From Paramecium tetraurelia (Eukaryota), in NCBI GenBank assembly GCA_000165425.1, contig CT868077.1, forward strand, positions 62,001 to 84,216: DNA of 22,216 nucleotides, written 5' to 3'. The position numbers were made by a program, and so were the translations under genes. Under the pieces are notes generated by a model. The model had not been told where the DNA came from. It ran no database searches and saw nothing but the letters and a program-made list of their open reading frames with translations. Positions 11,551-22,216 of this stretch are shown here, one piece after another (positions within the stretch are counted from its first letter, which is position 1; each line of letters begins with the position of its first letter).

Positions 11551-13075
11551 ATGAAATCATTGATATTAATCAGCTTGTTATTAGCTACATCTTTGTGTGC
11601 ATTCTAAGAAGAGGATAATGTATTGGTGTTAACAACAGATACATTTTAAGATGCTATCGATACTTTCAAATTCATAATGGTTGAGTTTTATGCACCCTGG
11701 TGTGGACATTGGTATAAATAAAAATTTATCATTAAGCAAGAAGTTGGCTCCTGAGTATTCTGCTGCAGCTGCTGAATTGAAAAAGATTGGAGGAGACAAT
11801 TACGTGCCTTTGGCAAAGGTTGATGCTACAGCTGAAGCATCAGTGGCTGAAAAATTCTCCATCTAAGGATATCCAACAATAAAATTCTTCATTAGTGGTC
11901 AAGCAATTGATTATGAAGGAGGAAGAACAACAAATGAAATTGTTGCTTGGATTAACAAGAAATCAGGACCCCCATCTACAGAATTAAATACAGTCGAAGA
12001 CATCGAAAAATTCTTAGAAAGGGTATCAAGTACTCCAATTCTTGTCTATTTTGGATCAACAACAGACAATAATGATTATAATACCTTCATTGAACTTGCA
12101 TAATAGAATGATAAAGTTACATTCGCACACACCTTAAATTTAGAATTAGCTGAGAAATACAATGTTAGAGGAAAGATAGTCCTCTTCAAATCCTTCGATG
12201 AGAAGAGAAACGATTTTGATTAATCAGTGACATTACCTAACTTAGAAAGTTTCATAAATAGCTATGCTAATCCAATCCTCTTACCATTCAACGATAAAGC
12301 AATCAACATCGTTTTCTAATAGAGAAACAACGCCGTCATTTTATTCACAGATGATTCTGATGCTGGTGTTGCTGCATTCGATGCCTTCGCTGCCGTTGCC
12401 GGTTCATTCAAAGATAGGTAATCCTTAATGTATTATCCTTAGAATCAAATTCTCATACTCCAAACCAAATGATGGATCAGGTTTATTCCACAGATTAGCT
12501 GAATATATTGGTGCCAGCACTACTAATGTTCCTAATGTGATGTTATATGACTAATTGGGAGGAAATGGTAAATACAGATTCGAAGGTGAAATCACAACTG
12601 AATCATTAAGAACCTTCTTAACAAACTTCTTTGACGGATCATTAACAAGATATATGAAATCAGAAGAAGTACCTGCTACCAATGATGAACCAGTTAAGAT
12701 TGTTGTTGGCAAAAACTTCAAAGATTTAGTCCTCAATAATGATAAGGATGTTTTGATTGAATTCTATGCTCCTTGGTGTGGTCATTGCAAACAATTGGCT
12801 CCAATTTATGAAGGTTTAGCTAAGAAATTGTTAGTTAATCCAAATATCATTATTGCTAAGTGTGATGCTACAGCTAACGAGGTAATTCTTATTCTTATTT
12901 TTAGATTGAAGGTGTCAATATTGAATCATTCCCAACAATCAAATTCTGGAAGAATGGATAAAAGAATTAAATCATAGATTATAGCAGTGGAAGAGATGAG
13001 GCCAACTTCATTTCCTTCTTAAAAGAAAACACTTCACATTAATGGGTTGATCTTGATAGAGTAGAAGAATTATGA
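11551..13075 (+). CDS. PDI: Protein disulfide isomerase (a-b-b'-a'), 483 aa, signal peptide, two WCGHC sites, C-terminal VEEL ER-retention-like signal
   Basis: [28 protein letters not shown]...[18 protein letters not shown]...GYPTIKFF...[18 protein letters not shown]...FPTIKFW...DRVEEL*. Introns 11712-11736, 12418-12442, 12882-12904. In-frame TAA/TAG read as Gln. Confidence 0.97.
11712..11736 (+). other. Spliceosomal intron, 25 nt (PDI intron 1)
   Basis: GTATAAAT...ATTAAG; removal restores WCGHCKK (TG|C). Confidence 0.92.
12418..12442 (+). other. Spliceosomal intron, 25 nt (PDI intron 2)
   Basis: GTAATCC...CCTTAG; removal gives FKDRIKFSY in frame with the a' domain. Confidence 0.9.
12882..12904 (+). 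other. Spliceosomal intron, 23 nt (PDI intron 3)
   Basis: GTAATTC...TTTTAG; removal gives [20 protein letters not shown]. Confidence 0.92.
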
Positions 13076-13201
13076 GTGTATGTATTTTCATTTCATAAAA
13101 AAATATCCAATATTTTATTATAATTTATGAATACATTTCATGAATATTAATTATAAATACCTCATACCAAACAACTCGAATCAATAAATGAAAAATCAAA
13201 C

Positions 13202-14077
13202 ATGGAAGGTAGTATCGTTTTAAGTAGTGAGAGGTTAAGTCAAAAATAAAAAAAATTAGAAATTAGAGTATTTCATTTCATTTCTCTTAGCAAATAACTT
13301 CAAGTAGATTGATACCCGTTAACAATGAAAAATTACCCAGATTGTCTCAAAGCAAATCTCCACCCCAACAGCTTAAAACCATAAGAGCAATAACTGAATA
13401 TCAAGCGCCTTCTAAATTACAAACAATTAAGTCGTTTAGGGCAAATACAGAAAATGATGCAACTCTCTATACTGATGATGAGAAAGGAAAACCTAAATTC
13501 AGAAGGGATGATAAAAAATCAAAAACAAGCAATCAGAAAACTGGAATTTACGAAAGTATGTAAAACAAAAAGTTTATTGAGTTTGCCGACTAAATTAGAA
13601 GACTCAAAGATTAATTAGATTCTTTACAAGTATTTTTAATCTAACATATAGAAATATTTGAATAATTCAAGAAAACTATTTTTAGTAGTGAGGAATATTG
13701 TTGAAAAACGAAAGAATCTAAGAAAAATTCTATTAAAGAATGGTAAAGATGAGCTTGTAGAGTTTTCTGACATTGAAAAATATTGCAGTATTAAGGAATT
13801 TGTCAATATAAATGGAGAATAAAAGCTGGTTGATAAGCTAAATATCTCATTATTAGATGATATCATCTATGCCAATGATGTTTTAGAAAATCTGAAAATA
13901 TAAAATGAAATTCTAGATATTAAAGAAATGGCTGACTAAGTACATTTTAATACAAATTATGATTATAATAGAAAAAAATCAAATAAGCAGGTTGAACAAA
14001 ATTTTAAAAATCAACTAAGAAGAAGACCTAAAGTTATCTTTCACGTCTATGGCAATGTCAAGATATAATTTGCATGA
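13202..14077 (+). CDS. Hypothetical protein, 276 aa, basic with probable coiled-coil segments
   Basis: MEGSIVLSSERLSQK...IFHVYGNVKIQFA*. Introns 13268-13290 (23 nt) and 13630-13651 (22 nt); spliced length 831 nt. Supplied ORF 13309..13563 is part of exon 2. Confidence 0.78.
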
Positions 14078-14299
14078 ATAAATTGATGTTTTCGAATAGA
14101 GATTAGGTCCTCTCTAATCTATTAAAAAAAATTTAAAGTAAACCTCTCAAGCTATTACAACTTTTGTGAAATTATTATGTGATAAATGATACAAATTTCT
14201 TGATTTTCTATTTATTATTATTCGTAATTCTAATATAAAATTATATTTAGATATCACATGAAGAGCTTTAATATAATTATTTCAAGATGATTTGAAATC

Positions 14300-14818
14300 G
14301 ATGAGTTAGATATCAAAAAATTGCATATTGAAATAAATAAATAGAACTCAACTGATATAGAGAAGGCATTTTCCTAACCCTTATTCATAATAAAACCCTT
14401 AAGATCCTTTGTTGACAATTTACTATACTTTGAATCCTGAAAAAGCTGATTGTACTTTATGAAATAGAAGAAATTATTATCTCTTAATGTTTCTTCGAAA
14501 AAATAACCTAAAATTATCTCATAGGTACAGAAATTGTCTCAACCTAGCAATAGTATTATTTTAAACCTTAAAGACTAACTGTTATTGAAGTAATATCACA
14601 TTATTTTATAAGCTGATATTATATCAAGAATTAGTCTTTTATATTATCTTGAAAATTTTCTTTAATATGAAAATTTAAAAATATATTTAAGTGCGGATCT
14701 TAAAATTGTATTAATTAGGAAAGTCTAGAAATAACACTGTTTTTACCTGAAGATGAGTTTCTAAATAAATAATTATTGTAATGTACCCACAAAGAATAAT
14801 TAATGTATAATTATTCAT
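14300..14818 (-). pseudogene. Decayed small GTPase (Rab/Ras-like) gene; lower boundary approximate
   Basis: ATG 14818; splicing a 26-nt intron (14761-14786) gives MNNYTLIILCGNSSSGKNSVISR (G1/P-loop-like). Downstream lie SIT...QYYCQVETI and a frameshifted IVNK/DL (G4-like, 14401-14419). No intact DxxG motif found. Confidence 0.42.
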
Positions 14819-15381
14819 TTTGAAACCGCTCTTTAATATTACATAAATTATGTCCTCTATTTTAGTTTAAAAATACGAAATAAAGAAATATTTTAATTCT
14901 CGTTAACAATAATTAAGAAAGTACGTAGTTTCTAACTATTTTATAATTCCTTCTAAATGGTCTTGGTATTTTTTTTAATTAGTTTCAATTAATCTATTAT
15001 CTTCTTTCTTAATCAATACTCTCACTAAGTATGCGTTATCTAAAGGACTCTCATGAAGTATAAACATACTGTTGATAAACTATTCCTTGCCTGTTGTTGA
15101 ATTAGGAAATACTTAAAATCATCAGGATTTCTTCATAATTACTTTGTTATAAATGAGAATGATTTAATAACATTTGAAAGATTTTATCCAAAATATATAA
15201 GACTTTTACCACAGGTATGATGCAAAAAAATTCAATTTTCTAAAATCACAAGCTCTGAGATTTGTGCTTCAATGTTAGGAGATTTCTGAATAGCTTTCTT
15301 TAACTTCTTGAATTCCTTTAAGTTTGAGAGTTGTCGATTATAGATTATATTATATAGTTAAATAAAACTGATAATGCTTTG

Positions 15382-15699
15382 TCATTTATTATTAGCAGGA
15401 TTGTTGACTGATTTTATTTTGTTTTATTTTTTCAGAAACTCTTTGATATCAGCCTTTAATTAATTATATTCTTCTTTCATACTCATAATCATCCCAGTTG
15501 TCTCTTCTCTTTTGTTATGCGAAGTCGTTATTTTTTTTTTCAATTAAAGAAATTGCTACAATCAGATTACAACAAATACTGGCCTTAATTCTGGGTTGTT
15601 ATTAATTTCATTCCAAAGCTTTTCAATTTTTTATTGTTTTCTCTACTGTGCTTATTCTTTGTATGCTTTTGCATCGCTACCAAATTATTGATTTTACAT
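15382..15699 (-). CDS. Short hypothetical protein (97 aa), or 5' part of a prematurely terminated pseudogene
   Basis: MQNQQFGSDAKAYKEQAQQRKQQKIEKLWNEI..., with a 24-nt intron 15556-15579 containing an in-frame TGA, and TGA at 15382-15384. Coding-like sequence continues in the same frame for ~48 codons, then in broken frames to ~14850. Confidence 0.5.
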
Positions 15700-16209
15700 T
15701 ATTAATATTTATATGTAATTTTGTAATTTGCAATTATATAATAATGTATAAGCCTTATCAATAGAAATAGCTGTGAAATCTATTTAGGAGTATGTATATT
15801 TAGACTCTTAAAGGTAAATATTAGTATGCTTAAAGCAAAGCGAAAAAGAATGAATAGTATCGAATAGAATAGAGGACTTTAAAAACATCTTAAACTTCAA
15901 GAATTTAAATTGAACAAGATAATTTTGTTATGATATTGAGTAATACAACAAATTGCTTCAAATAGTGGAAATTTATTATAATTGAGTTCATTTCATGAAG
16001 GTGAGAGATCAGAGACTAGTAGATTTATAAAGAACATGCAAAATCAAGTTAATACTCAACATCAACATTTTAGATAAGAGGCTGATAAGTTTATATATAA
16101 AACATAAATTATAATTCATAGCAATAAATAGAAATAAAAAATTGAATTCTTTTTCAAAGTAAAGGAATATATTTTAATCAAAATAAAATCTTAATATTTT
16201 ATATTTTTT

Positions 16210-19086
16210 ATGCTAAACAATATTTATGAAAGAATAATAGTTGCGTATACTTCTATTGATCAGAATTAAAGAATAAGTGCTGAGAAAGATTTGAATCAGC
16301 TTGAAGAATAGGATGCTAATTTATGTGGATATTTATTGGAATTGATATAAACATAATAATAAAATAGCTAGATTAAATTTTTCACAATAATCCATTTAAA
16401 AAATGTTATTAAACGTAGGTGGAAAGCTTTTAAATAGATGGTTGGTTGTGAGAAAAGATAAAGTATTTGACTTTCATATTTTAGATTATTTTGCCGAAAA
16501 TTAGAAAAATTAAATCAAGGAATTAGTATTATAATTCTACTGTTAAGAACAAGTAGGTCAACTCAAATAGGAAATTTTATAAATTTTATACGTAAAATAT
16601 AAATTGAAATATGTAGGAAGTATGCTCAAGTGACTACCCTTTTAAATATCCATTATTATTAAAATACATTAATCAATAATTGGAAGCGAATAACTTGGAT
16701 GAACAATTATTATCATTCCTAAAACAAATATTCAAAATTATGCCTAAAAATCAATAAAAAAATGAATAATATAATTGCTTATGGTAAAAAATAGCCTCAT
16801 TATGGGTCAGAGCTGATAATCTAAATAATTATTCATAGTAATCTTTGCTTCTACTTGATAAAATGTTTACTAATTTTATCTTATCCTATCACTCAAATGT
16901 CTTCAAAGATGAAATATAATAGATTTTTAGTTCAATGTTACAAAAAATTGCCATCTTATTACAAAGTGACACATAATAATAATATCATAAGAATATTACA
17001 CATTTAATTTCTAAATGCTCTAAATTGGTTGCTAATTATCCGTTTTAATTAACTTAAAATTTACCAGATTACTTATAAATGTTAAGTGTAACAATTAATT
17101 CCAATAAAAAGATTATTACTAAAGGAGGTTTAATTTCCTTTATTAGGTTTCTTAAACTATCATAGTTATTTTTAACTGATGATTTATTGTTGCTTAATAT
17201 GAAAAAATATTCCGACTAAGAGAAATAATAAGTCTTAAAAGAGAAATAAGTTGTTGATACAATTATAAAGTAATTTTTTGAAAAAGAGAGCTAAAATTTC
17301 ATATAAAGATTTTTAACATTAATAACATCATCAAATGAAATCAGTATTGAAGATATGATTGAATAAGAAGAAGAAAATGAATTTGAAAAAATTTTGCATC
17401 CAAAAGATGCCGAAATTTTTAGTTTAGCATTAATTGCTGCAGAACTTCTCATAGTCAGAGCTCCATCAATATGTTCAAATTTACTTTAAGGATATATCGA
17501 TTAGACAATTTAAGCATAATTTTAAATAAATCCAAACGTTTTAGAAAGTTTATTGATAATTATTGGTTTAATTCCAAAAATTTAGTCAAAGCTAAAATTC
17601 TAATTTTAAATCTAATATCCCACAATTATCTAATACTTGTAAACGTCAAATCAACTTCATCATTAAAGAAGACTGTCTATTCTACTAAATAGATTAATTC
17701 TTATTTTAGATTAGAATTAAATATTATCTTCTTTATAAGTAGCAGGAAATCTATTGTCTACATCTCAAGACAGCATAATACAATACCAATCCTTACTTTG
17801 TATAAAATAGGTGGCTGTTAATTATAATGGAAGCATCTAATGGAGTTAAATATTGGTTACAGTCTGCCCATATATAGTTGCACTTCTTAAGTGTCTAAAA
17901 AGAACAACAATTATCACACCTTTGTTAGATTTGCTCTCTAAACTAATCGAAAAATGTCAAAATGAATAAACAGAAGTTGTGGTTAGTGCAATAGAAAATA
18001 GTGGACTTTTTTAATTGATGTAATCAAAATTCTAAGAAGCAGAGGAAAATTTATTGATAATAGATTAGGTTTGTTAGATGTTGAAAACACTCATTATTGC
18101 GTATCCTCTCGGAACAAAAATCCCACATATATTCTAAATGGCTCTTGTACTTATTGTCAATAACATCAACTCAAAATAAGCTTGTATTTTGGAGTTAACA
18201 CTATTACTTTTAAGGGAATATGAAGAATAGTAATAAAATTTTCCTATTGATCAATTAATAAGCATCTTATAGTAAAACTTAGATTCTTTATTATCTGATA
18301 CCTCACAAATAAACTCTTGCATAATTATTTCAATTATTGAAGAATTATATTTATTGAATACATTTTCAGTAAATGATTTCTCAAAACACATACCATATAT
18401 GGAATCTAGATATTCACTAAGGGACACAAATGTGAAAAATTCAGTTTTAGGTCTTACAACTACTATGATTTTAATGCTTTTGAATAATAATAGATAAGAC
18501 ATAGCAATATTTTCAGGGTTAATTTAAGTGATACTGAATGATTTATTAGAGCCAGAAATGAATGAAATACTTGAAAATAAATTTAGAATCGAAATTTAAA
18601 TTGTCAGCATACTTAACAGATTTATAATTTTAGCAAGAGATAATTTCTTTTCTTTTGTTTAATAAAATAGCATCTCTTTTGAAAAATATTTATAAAGCTG
18701 GATGAAAAAATCAGAAATATTGGAATCTGAAAAATCTATGTAATTTAATATAATTATATCATAGAAAATTAAATGTAATAGCATTTTTACTCATAATTGA
18801 CTATGTATAACCAACTACATTCATTTAATATTTTACTTAAATTGCAACATAATATGCCAGATTTTCAAAAAAACAATTTATTCAAAAAACAATTGCAGTA
18901 CTTACTCCAAATTAAAGACTTTCATAACATAGGGCAAGCAATAGAAAAGAAAAGATAAGAAACACTTAAATGCATAATGAACACAATCTTCAACAATATT
19001 TTAAACAAATGATTCAAGACTATATTCTTAAGCATAATTTATCATAAGACCTAACAGTTATTTAAGCTTTATAGATGATCTCATGA
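16210..19086 (+). CDS. Importin-beta-family karyopherin (IBN_N domain plus HEAT repeats; IPO11/IPO9/CSE1-like group), 934 aa
   Basis: N-terminus QRISAEKDLNQLE...IIHLKNVIKRRW...QKNQIKELVL...SDYPFKYPLLL matches the importin-beta N-terminal pattern; Leu/Ile-rich helical body with an acidic loop (EQEEENEFE). Introns 16463-16484, 16592-16616, 18740-18764; spliced length 2805 nt ending in TGA. Confidence 0.85.
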
Positions 19087-19304
19087 AAGAATTATTTTAT
19101 AAATAAAAGACATGATATTTAATATATAAAACTTTATTTTTATTTGACTTTGATCGTGGTTAAAACTTAGATTAAACATTTATATTGTTTTCTAAATTCT
19201 CTATTTCCTATATTTTCATTCCTAAATTTTAATTATTTAGTCATTAGAAATATTCAAGAAAAATATAATTTAGACTATAAAAAAAATAGAAATAATGTTT
19301 AATT

Positions 19305-20339
19305 TCAAATATCAAATCTGATACCATCTTCTCTATCTATATAATCCCAAATAACAACTTGTACATCCTTTTTCGTTATTTTCTACGTTTTTTTGTTTCT
19401 ATAAATAAATTTAATTTCTACTTAGTTTCGTGAAAATATATATAATTAGTATCGATCTACAATTAAAGAAGTTAAGAAAATATTTCAATTGCTTCTGTGT
19501 CTTTGATATCAAAAATAAATAATTTGACAAAATATTGATTTCTTTCTGCTATTTCAAAATATTCTTAATTCATTTCATCAAAAATTAGAAGAAATGGCAT
19601 CTAATTTTTCATTATGTGTTAAATTTCTAAATCAGTTCCAGTATAAATTAATGGTAATGCTTCCTGGATTAAATAATTTTCCATGCTTAGAGAATTAACC
19701 AAATTTATACTCTTAAATATATCCTTTATATTTTTTATGTTCTCCATTTTAAGGAAATATCACTAAATTTGTTCCATCCTCAATGTCAAATTCTCTTCTT
19801 ATAGTTGGCGACTTAGCCAACACCATATAAAACAACGAGTATTTCATATTTACTTCTTTCATTTTCATAAGGATAAATGGATCAATAAACTCATTCTCAG
19901 AAGCAAAATAGACTAATGCAACTTTTTCTGTTAAAAATTCTTATAATGAGTGAGTATCTTCTATGATATGAACTAGGGGCCTTAAATTTTCTTTTAGCCA
20001 TTAAAAAAGGGCTGTATATGATTTTTAACCTTCATAAACTTCTACATCTCCTTATCGGAAAAAAATCAGCGCTGGGTATTTATTGATTCCAAATCTTTTA
20101 ATAAATAAAGGGTTTTTGGTACAATTTATTTTTCCAAATCCAAGTAATTTTTCTTTAAAATTGATTTATACCTTTTCAATTACTAGGTCAACTTCATTGC
20201 ATTTTTCACAATCATAGCCTCTGTAAAAATGTATTAACGCATAAGGGTATTGATCAATAAACTATTCAAAATTTTTTGAATTTAGTTCATTAATGGATGC
20301 AGAGGCTAAGAACAATAACAGTAAAAAAATAAATTGCAT
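19305..20339 (-). CDS. Secretory-pathway thioredoxin-fold (PDI-like, a-b-b') protein, 328 aa, CEKC motif
   Basis: Signal peptide MQFIFLLLLFLASA, then INELNSKNFEQF...ALIHFYRGYDCEKCNEV...FGKINC...RFGINKYPALIFFRQGDVEVYEGQKSYTALFQWLKE. Introns 19686-19710 (25 nt) and 19399-19421 (23 nt); spliced length 987 nt ending DGIRFDI*. Confidence 0.85.
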
Positions 20340-20371
20340 AATTTTTATAATAAAATTCAAGCATTCAAAAT

Positions 20372-20674
20372 ATGAAGAAGCAGAGGGTATTTCATTAAAA
20401 AATTTCACTTTGCACTTCTCGTAACAAAGACCATTAACTACAAATAGTAGAAGATTAATAAAATTTCCTTATAGAAAAAATACACTTCTCAATAAGATAA
20501 CAGTAAGTTATTGATAAATGCTTTGTTAGAAGTTTATTTAAATTATTGTAAGCAGCTGAACTCGACAATCAGAAAAGTTTATAATCTATTCAAAATATAT
20601 ATGTAATATATGCAATCATGTAAATTAATCAGTCTAGAGGATCAGAAATGCCTATTTTATTTCTAAAATTTTGA
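20372..20674 (+). CDS. Possible short hypothetical protein (~100 aa) or gene remnant
   Basis: Code-6 ORF MKKQRVFHQK...LFLKF*, containing an intron-like GTAAGT...TTAG segment; no recognisable domain. Confidence 0.25.
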
Positions 20675-20859
20675 AGCAGTTAGGGAAATGCTGATTCTAT
20701 ATCAATAATCTTGCTACTCATTTTTCAAACTCATTTTGGAAACTTATATTTTGATAAAGATTTTCATTACAATGTGTACACTTAGTTAACTAAAAAATGC
20801 ACATTCAAAACAAAATTAATAATTTTTTATTTTACATAAATTGCAACTATTTTCTGATA

Positions 20860-22216
20860 CTATGAAATTAGAAGATGTGCAATTATGCATTCAATTTAGG
20901 ACTCAAATGATTCTATAGGATAACAATTAGAATCTTTTAGGGTTAATATATTTTTAAAACAAGTCTTTGGAATGTCTCAACAACAAAAAGAGAGGAGTTT
21001 CATTAAACCAGAAAATGCATAACTCTAGAAGTACATTATTAATAACTTTGTTCATAATGATGAACATTTTAGTGTACAATTGTTGGTAAGTTAATAAGTT
21101 TTTCAACAATTTTAAATCTACAAAAAAGTTATATTGTCTTGACTACGAAATATTCAGAGAGCATCTGAATTTACTGCCTTATACTTCATATTACCGATGA
21201 TTCAAAGCCTGAAGAATAAATTATAATTTTTAAATGTATCTTAAGGAGAAAAATGACGTTTGTAGTATGGATTCTGGTTCAAGTTAAACAATGAAATTGT
21301 ATTTGTTTATCAATTATTTTGCCGAGCCGAAGTGAGTTGAATCAGTATGCTTTGCACATGGAATAAACATACAATTCCAGGAGGTGGAAATTCATCATCA
21401 GCAAGTAGTGTTAGTTAATATTCATGTGTCATCATAATAAACAGTTATGAGAAACATCACCACAATCAGTAGCTCATTAAAACGCGCAAATTAACGGGAC
21501 CACAGGAAATGTGACAGAATTCCATATTTCAAAGTTGGATTTACTTTAAAATAAATCATTTCGCTTAAAAACACAATCTCTTGCATAATGCTATCATATC
21601 TGTGGTAAAACCTGGTACTTTTGGTAGCATTGTCAATGCGATGCTAACTTTTAACTTTTATACGATAACAATAGCAAATTAGCATAGATAGAAGTGCTAA
21701 ACAAAGTTCTAAATACACTTACGCTGACACTTGTACTATCCCTATATCAATTGTGTTCATCCAATAAATACAACTTGATTTATACTTTACTTTCTATTTT
21801 AAATTCAGATGACTCCCTTTCACTGAGTGGAGAATCTTATATAGATTCAGCATATCATTAGTGCATCAATGATCTTTAGAAAAATCTTACGCTTATTTGA
21901 TGGTTGCTTCCTTCAAAATTCCATTCTTTGCAAAACATACAATTATCGATTGTAAATTGAGGAATAAAGTTATTGCTCGTCATAATATTATTTTTTGGGT
22001 GCCACAATTTATTATTAATTCTATACACCTTTTTATTAGTTAAACCTGAATTGGTTTTATTCATAATTACCTGTCTAATATTAATTAATGAATATAAAGA
22101 TTCACCTAGAATAGCAGTGTATTTGGCACGTATGCTTCATATGTATTGTGTAATAGCATTTTAAGTGATCAACACACGCATAACTGACTATTTTGTAGCG
22201 TCATAGCTCGGTGCTC
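20860..22216. pseudogene. Degenerate coding-like sequence with no coherent gene model
   Basis: Several 50-130 codon stretches in shifting frames on both strands, each cut by TGA, with intron-like segments; more G/C than the short intergenic spacers elsewhere in the window. Confidence 0.3.

Noticed and set aside
12551..12736. Supplied - strand ORF (also 13636..13866 and 18251..18502)
   Set aside because: Antisense to well-supported plus-strand genes (PDI, the 13202 gene, importin).
13940..13971. Candidate 32-nt intron GTACATT...AATAG in the 13202 gene
   Set aside because: The frame reads through it without a stop to TGA 14075-14077, so the intron is not required.
17471..17692. Supplied + strand 73-aa ORF
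   Set aside because: Alternative frame inside the importin exon; no independent support.
11551..20339. Selenocysteine (TGA) in the thioredoxin-fold proteins
   Set aside because: All CxxC cysteines are TGT/TGC and neither spliced frame contains an internal TGA.
1..22216. Prokaryotic, phage or organellar interpretation, or pseudogene status for genes full of TAA/TAG; CRISPR arrays, transposons, tRNA/rRNA genes, telomeric repeats
   Set aside because: Code 6 plus tiny GT-AG introns explains the conserved proteins fully. I saw no repeat-spacer array, terminal inverted repeats, transposase motifs, structured RNA gene or C4A2/C3A3 repeats.

Overview
Very AT-rich, gene-dense eukaryotic DNA that reads as ciliate macronuclear sequence, most likely Paramecium. 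TAA and TAG encode Gln, TGA is the only stop, and genes carry 22-32 nt GT..AG introns, so the supplied ORF track is fragmentary and partly antisense artefact. Read with code 6, the window holds: (1) a giant anoctamin/TMEM16-family gene on the minus strand (7581 to beyond the left edge, at least 2509 codons) with an apparently degenerate Ca2+ site and a roughly 1400-aa C-terminal tail containing a pseudokinase-like segment; (2) three hypothetical genes; (3) a RING-CH/MARCH-like membrane E3 ligase head-to-head with a canonical protein disulfide isomerase; (4) an importin-beta-family karyopherin; (5) a signal-peptide-bearing thioredoxin-fold PDI-like protein with an atypical CEKC motif; and (6) several decayed, frame-broken gene remnants, one resembling a Rab/Ras-like GTPase. 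All gene models were translated by hand and no database search was run.
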